A stretch of DNA of 63,826 nucleotides, counting the filler, from Octopus bimaculoides (taxonomy: Eukaryota), in NCBI RefSeq assembly GCF_001194135.2. It is 6 parts of 6 records of this genome, joined end to end, with 100 filler letters (N's around TTAATTAATTAA, not from the genome) between each part and the next. Parts side by side here need not be neighbours in the genome. Positions count along the whole stretch, not along the records: positions 52,697 to 62,703 come from NC_068984.1; positions 62,804 to 63,826 come from NW_026300045.1; 4 more parts are not named here. One strand, 5' to 3'. The first letter of the stretch is position 1. Each line of letters starts with the position of its first letter. Below, piece by piece: positions 62,238-63,826 of the stretch. The notes below the pieces were generated by a model. The model was not told the origin of the DNA. It made no database searches and worked only from the letters and a program-made list of their open reading frames with translations. The position numbers and the translations under genes are program-made.

Positions 62238-62700
62238 CGAGGGGAAATCAAAAAATATCCGCACTTTCACCATAACGTATCTTTATTATTGCCACACTGC
62301 CTTCTGCGCATGCGTGCTCATAGTTGGTACTATAGTGGTCGCATGATCGAAGTTTGAGCCTGATCGCGCCATTTTTCTTTCTGGCTTTACAGTGTATGCA
62401 TGGCCGCTCCACTAGCAATGTGCACCGAAGTGCACCAAAGAAGAACAAAGAGCAGTGATCTGAGTTCTCTGGTTGGAAGGTGTGCCAGGTGCTGAAATTC
62501 ATCGGAGGCTTTTAGCATAATACAGGAACAGTGCACTACCGCATAGAGGTATGTATGAGTGGATCGAGGAGTTTAAAAGTGACCGGACAAGCATGGCGCA
62601 CGAAGAGGGAGCAGAATCTCCGTCAACTCCCAGCACTGACGAGAAGATTCAGCAAGCTTTAGAGACGGTAATGGTGAACCGGTTTACCATTATCATCTCT
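62238..62700 (+). mobile_element. Mariner 5' end: TIR and transposase N-terminus, degenerate
   Basis: TA|CGAGGGGAAATCAAAAAATATCCG. Translates CTKEEQRAVI..LWLEGVPGAEIHRRL...YEWIEEFKSDRTS...PSTPSTDEKI. Ends at a gap. Confidence 0.88.
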
Positions 62701-63826
62701 CGGNNNNNNNNNNNNNNNNNNNNNNNNNNNNNNNNNNNNNNNNNNNNTTAATTAATTAANNNNNNNNNNNNNNNNNNNNNNNNNNNNNNNNNNNNNNNNN
62801 NNNAAAAAGCAGGACACTATCGGAAACAGATATGACGCAGATACTATTTTATAGAAAGGCAAGAAGACTTTTGATTAATAATATGACAGAATTAAGGCAA
62901 GATAAAAAAATGAAAGTCGTCTATATATAAGGCATTCTGCCTAAACTACGTCTTTAAGATATGATTTGTTAGTAGTAACGCTAAAAGGAAACTATTTCCT
63001 AAGGAACTCAAGAGAAGGATAAAAAGAGCAGATAGAGAGGAATAAAAACAAAAAGGAAAGTAAAGATTGAATGAAAAGGTGAATCAAGACTAAAGGTTGG
63101 AGTTGAAAAAAAAGGCACTTACCCAGGCAGTGGTCAAGCAAATAATGGTCGTTTTGTATTGAAAGAATTCTGAAGGGGCTTTATTTTTAGACTGGGGTCA
63201 AACGGTCGAATCTATTCGACCATGTTTTAAGTCTTTAGCAACGTCAATTACAAAGAACTTGGGAGTGGTACTAAAAGATGGAGAGAGGTATTGACAGGCA
63301 GAAACTGGGTGGGAGCTGTCTTCAATAATTCAAGTAATGCTATATATTCAAAATTAACCATACATGCTGGTTTTGTTGTTGTTATTGTTACTTACTTTTT
63401 TGTATTTTGATGCTACTTGCCTTCAGAACTCCCTAGGGAATTTTATGCTAGCTTCATCACTTTTATTTATTTATATATTTATTTTTTTCTTTGTTTTGAA
63501 ACGAGATCGAACTTCAGCATTTTATACCGATAGATTTTAGACACTTTTTTCTGCAACTGGTAAGATTATGTAGGGGGTGCAAATTTTGATCTTGCACCCC
63601 CTGAAAATTCTAGGGGGTGCGGGTGCACCCGCTGCACCCCCTGTTCCCGGGCCCTTGACAACATGAAACTTCAAATGGCATTTACAAAAAATGTGAGTAC
63701 CGAAATAACAGCCACACCTCCAACAAGTTCTCTTGACACACAGCCACACACATCCGTATGTGATGCAGATACAACACAAATTCGTTGAAAATATCAAAGA
63801 AATTTCATGTTACATACCGTTGGAAT

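Noticed and set aside
26615-62759. Recurring palindrome TTAATTAATTAA
   Set aside because: Always embedded in N runs; a scaffolding spacer.
62804-63250. Possible CR1-type ORF1 esterase relic
   Set aside because: Only a faint VVYI*GILP similarity, with many stops.
63555-63660. GGGGGTGC/GCACCCC repeats as a hAT element end
   Set aside because: No matching opposite terminus or TSD identified in the window.

Overview
AT-rich, microsatellite-dense animal genomic DNA from a gapped scaffold. The SINE families and overall repeat content suggest a cephalopod, probably Octopus; this is an inference. I cannot confidently identify any intact host protein-coding gene. The window is largely transposon debris: a decayed but structurally complete Gypsy LTR element (34868-41488, with paired LTRs, gag zinc knuckles, PR, RT, RH and IN) carrying a SINE and a non-autonomous Helitron; several RTE LINE pieces, one about 3.1 kb with EN and RT; R4/Dong-like RLE LINE pieces; two Penelope-like (Naiad-type) fragments; Tc1/mariner relics; MITEs; and several tRNA-derived SINE families. 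Notable structures are an RLE element sitting inside a (TATG)n array, a 16-bp CTAG-rich minisatellite, a ~350-bp inverted duplication, a 46-bp-stem hairpin, and an apparent step from CpG-depleted to CpG-retaining DNA near 52 kb. Several strong minus-strand splice signals between 6.8 and 22 kb may mark an unrecognised spliced transcript. Nearly all ORFs in the supplied track are artefacts of microsatellites or N gaps.
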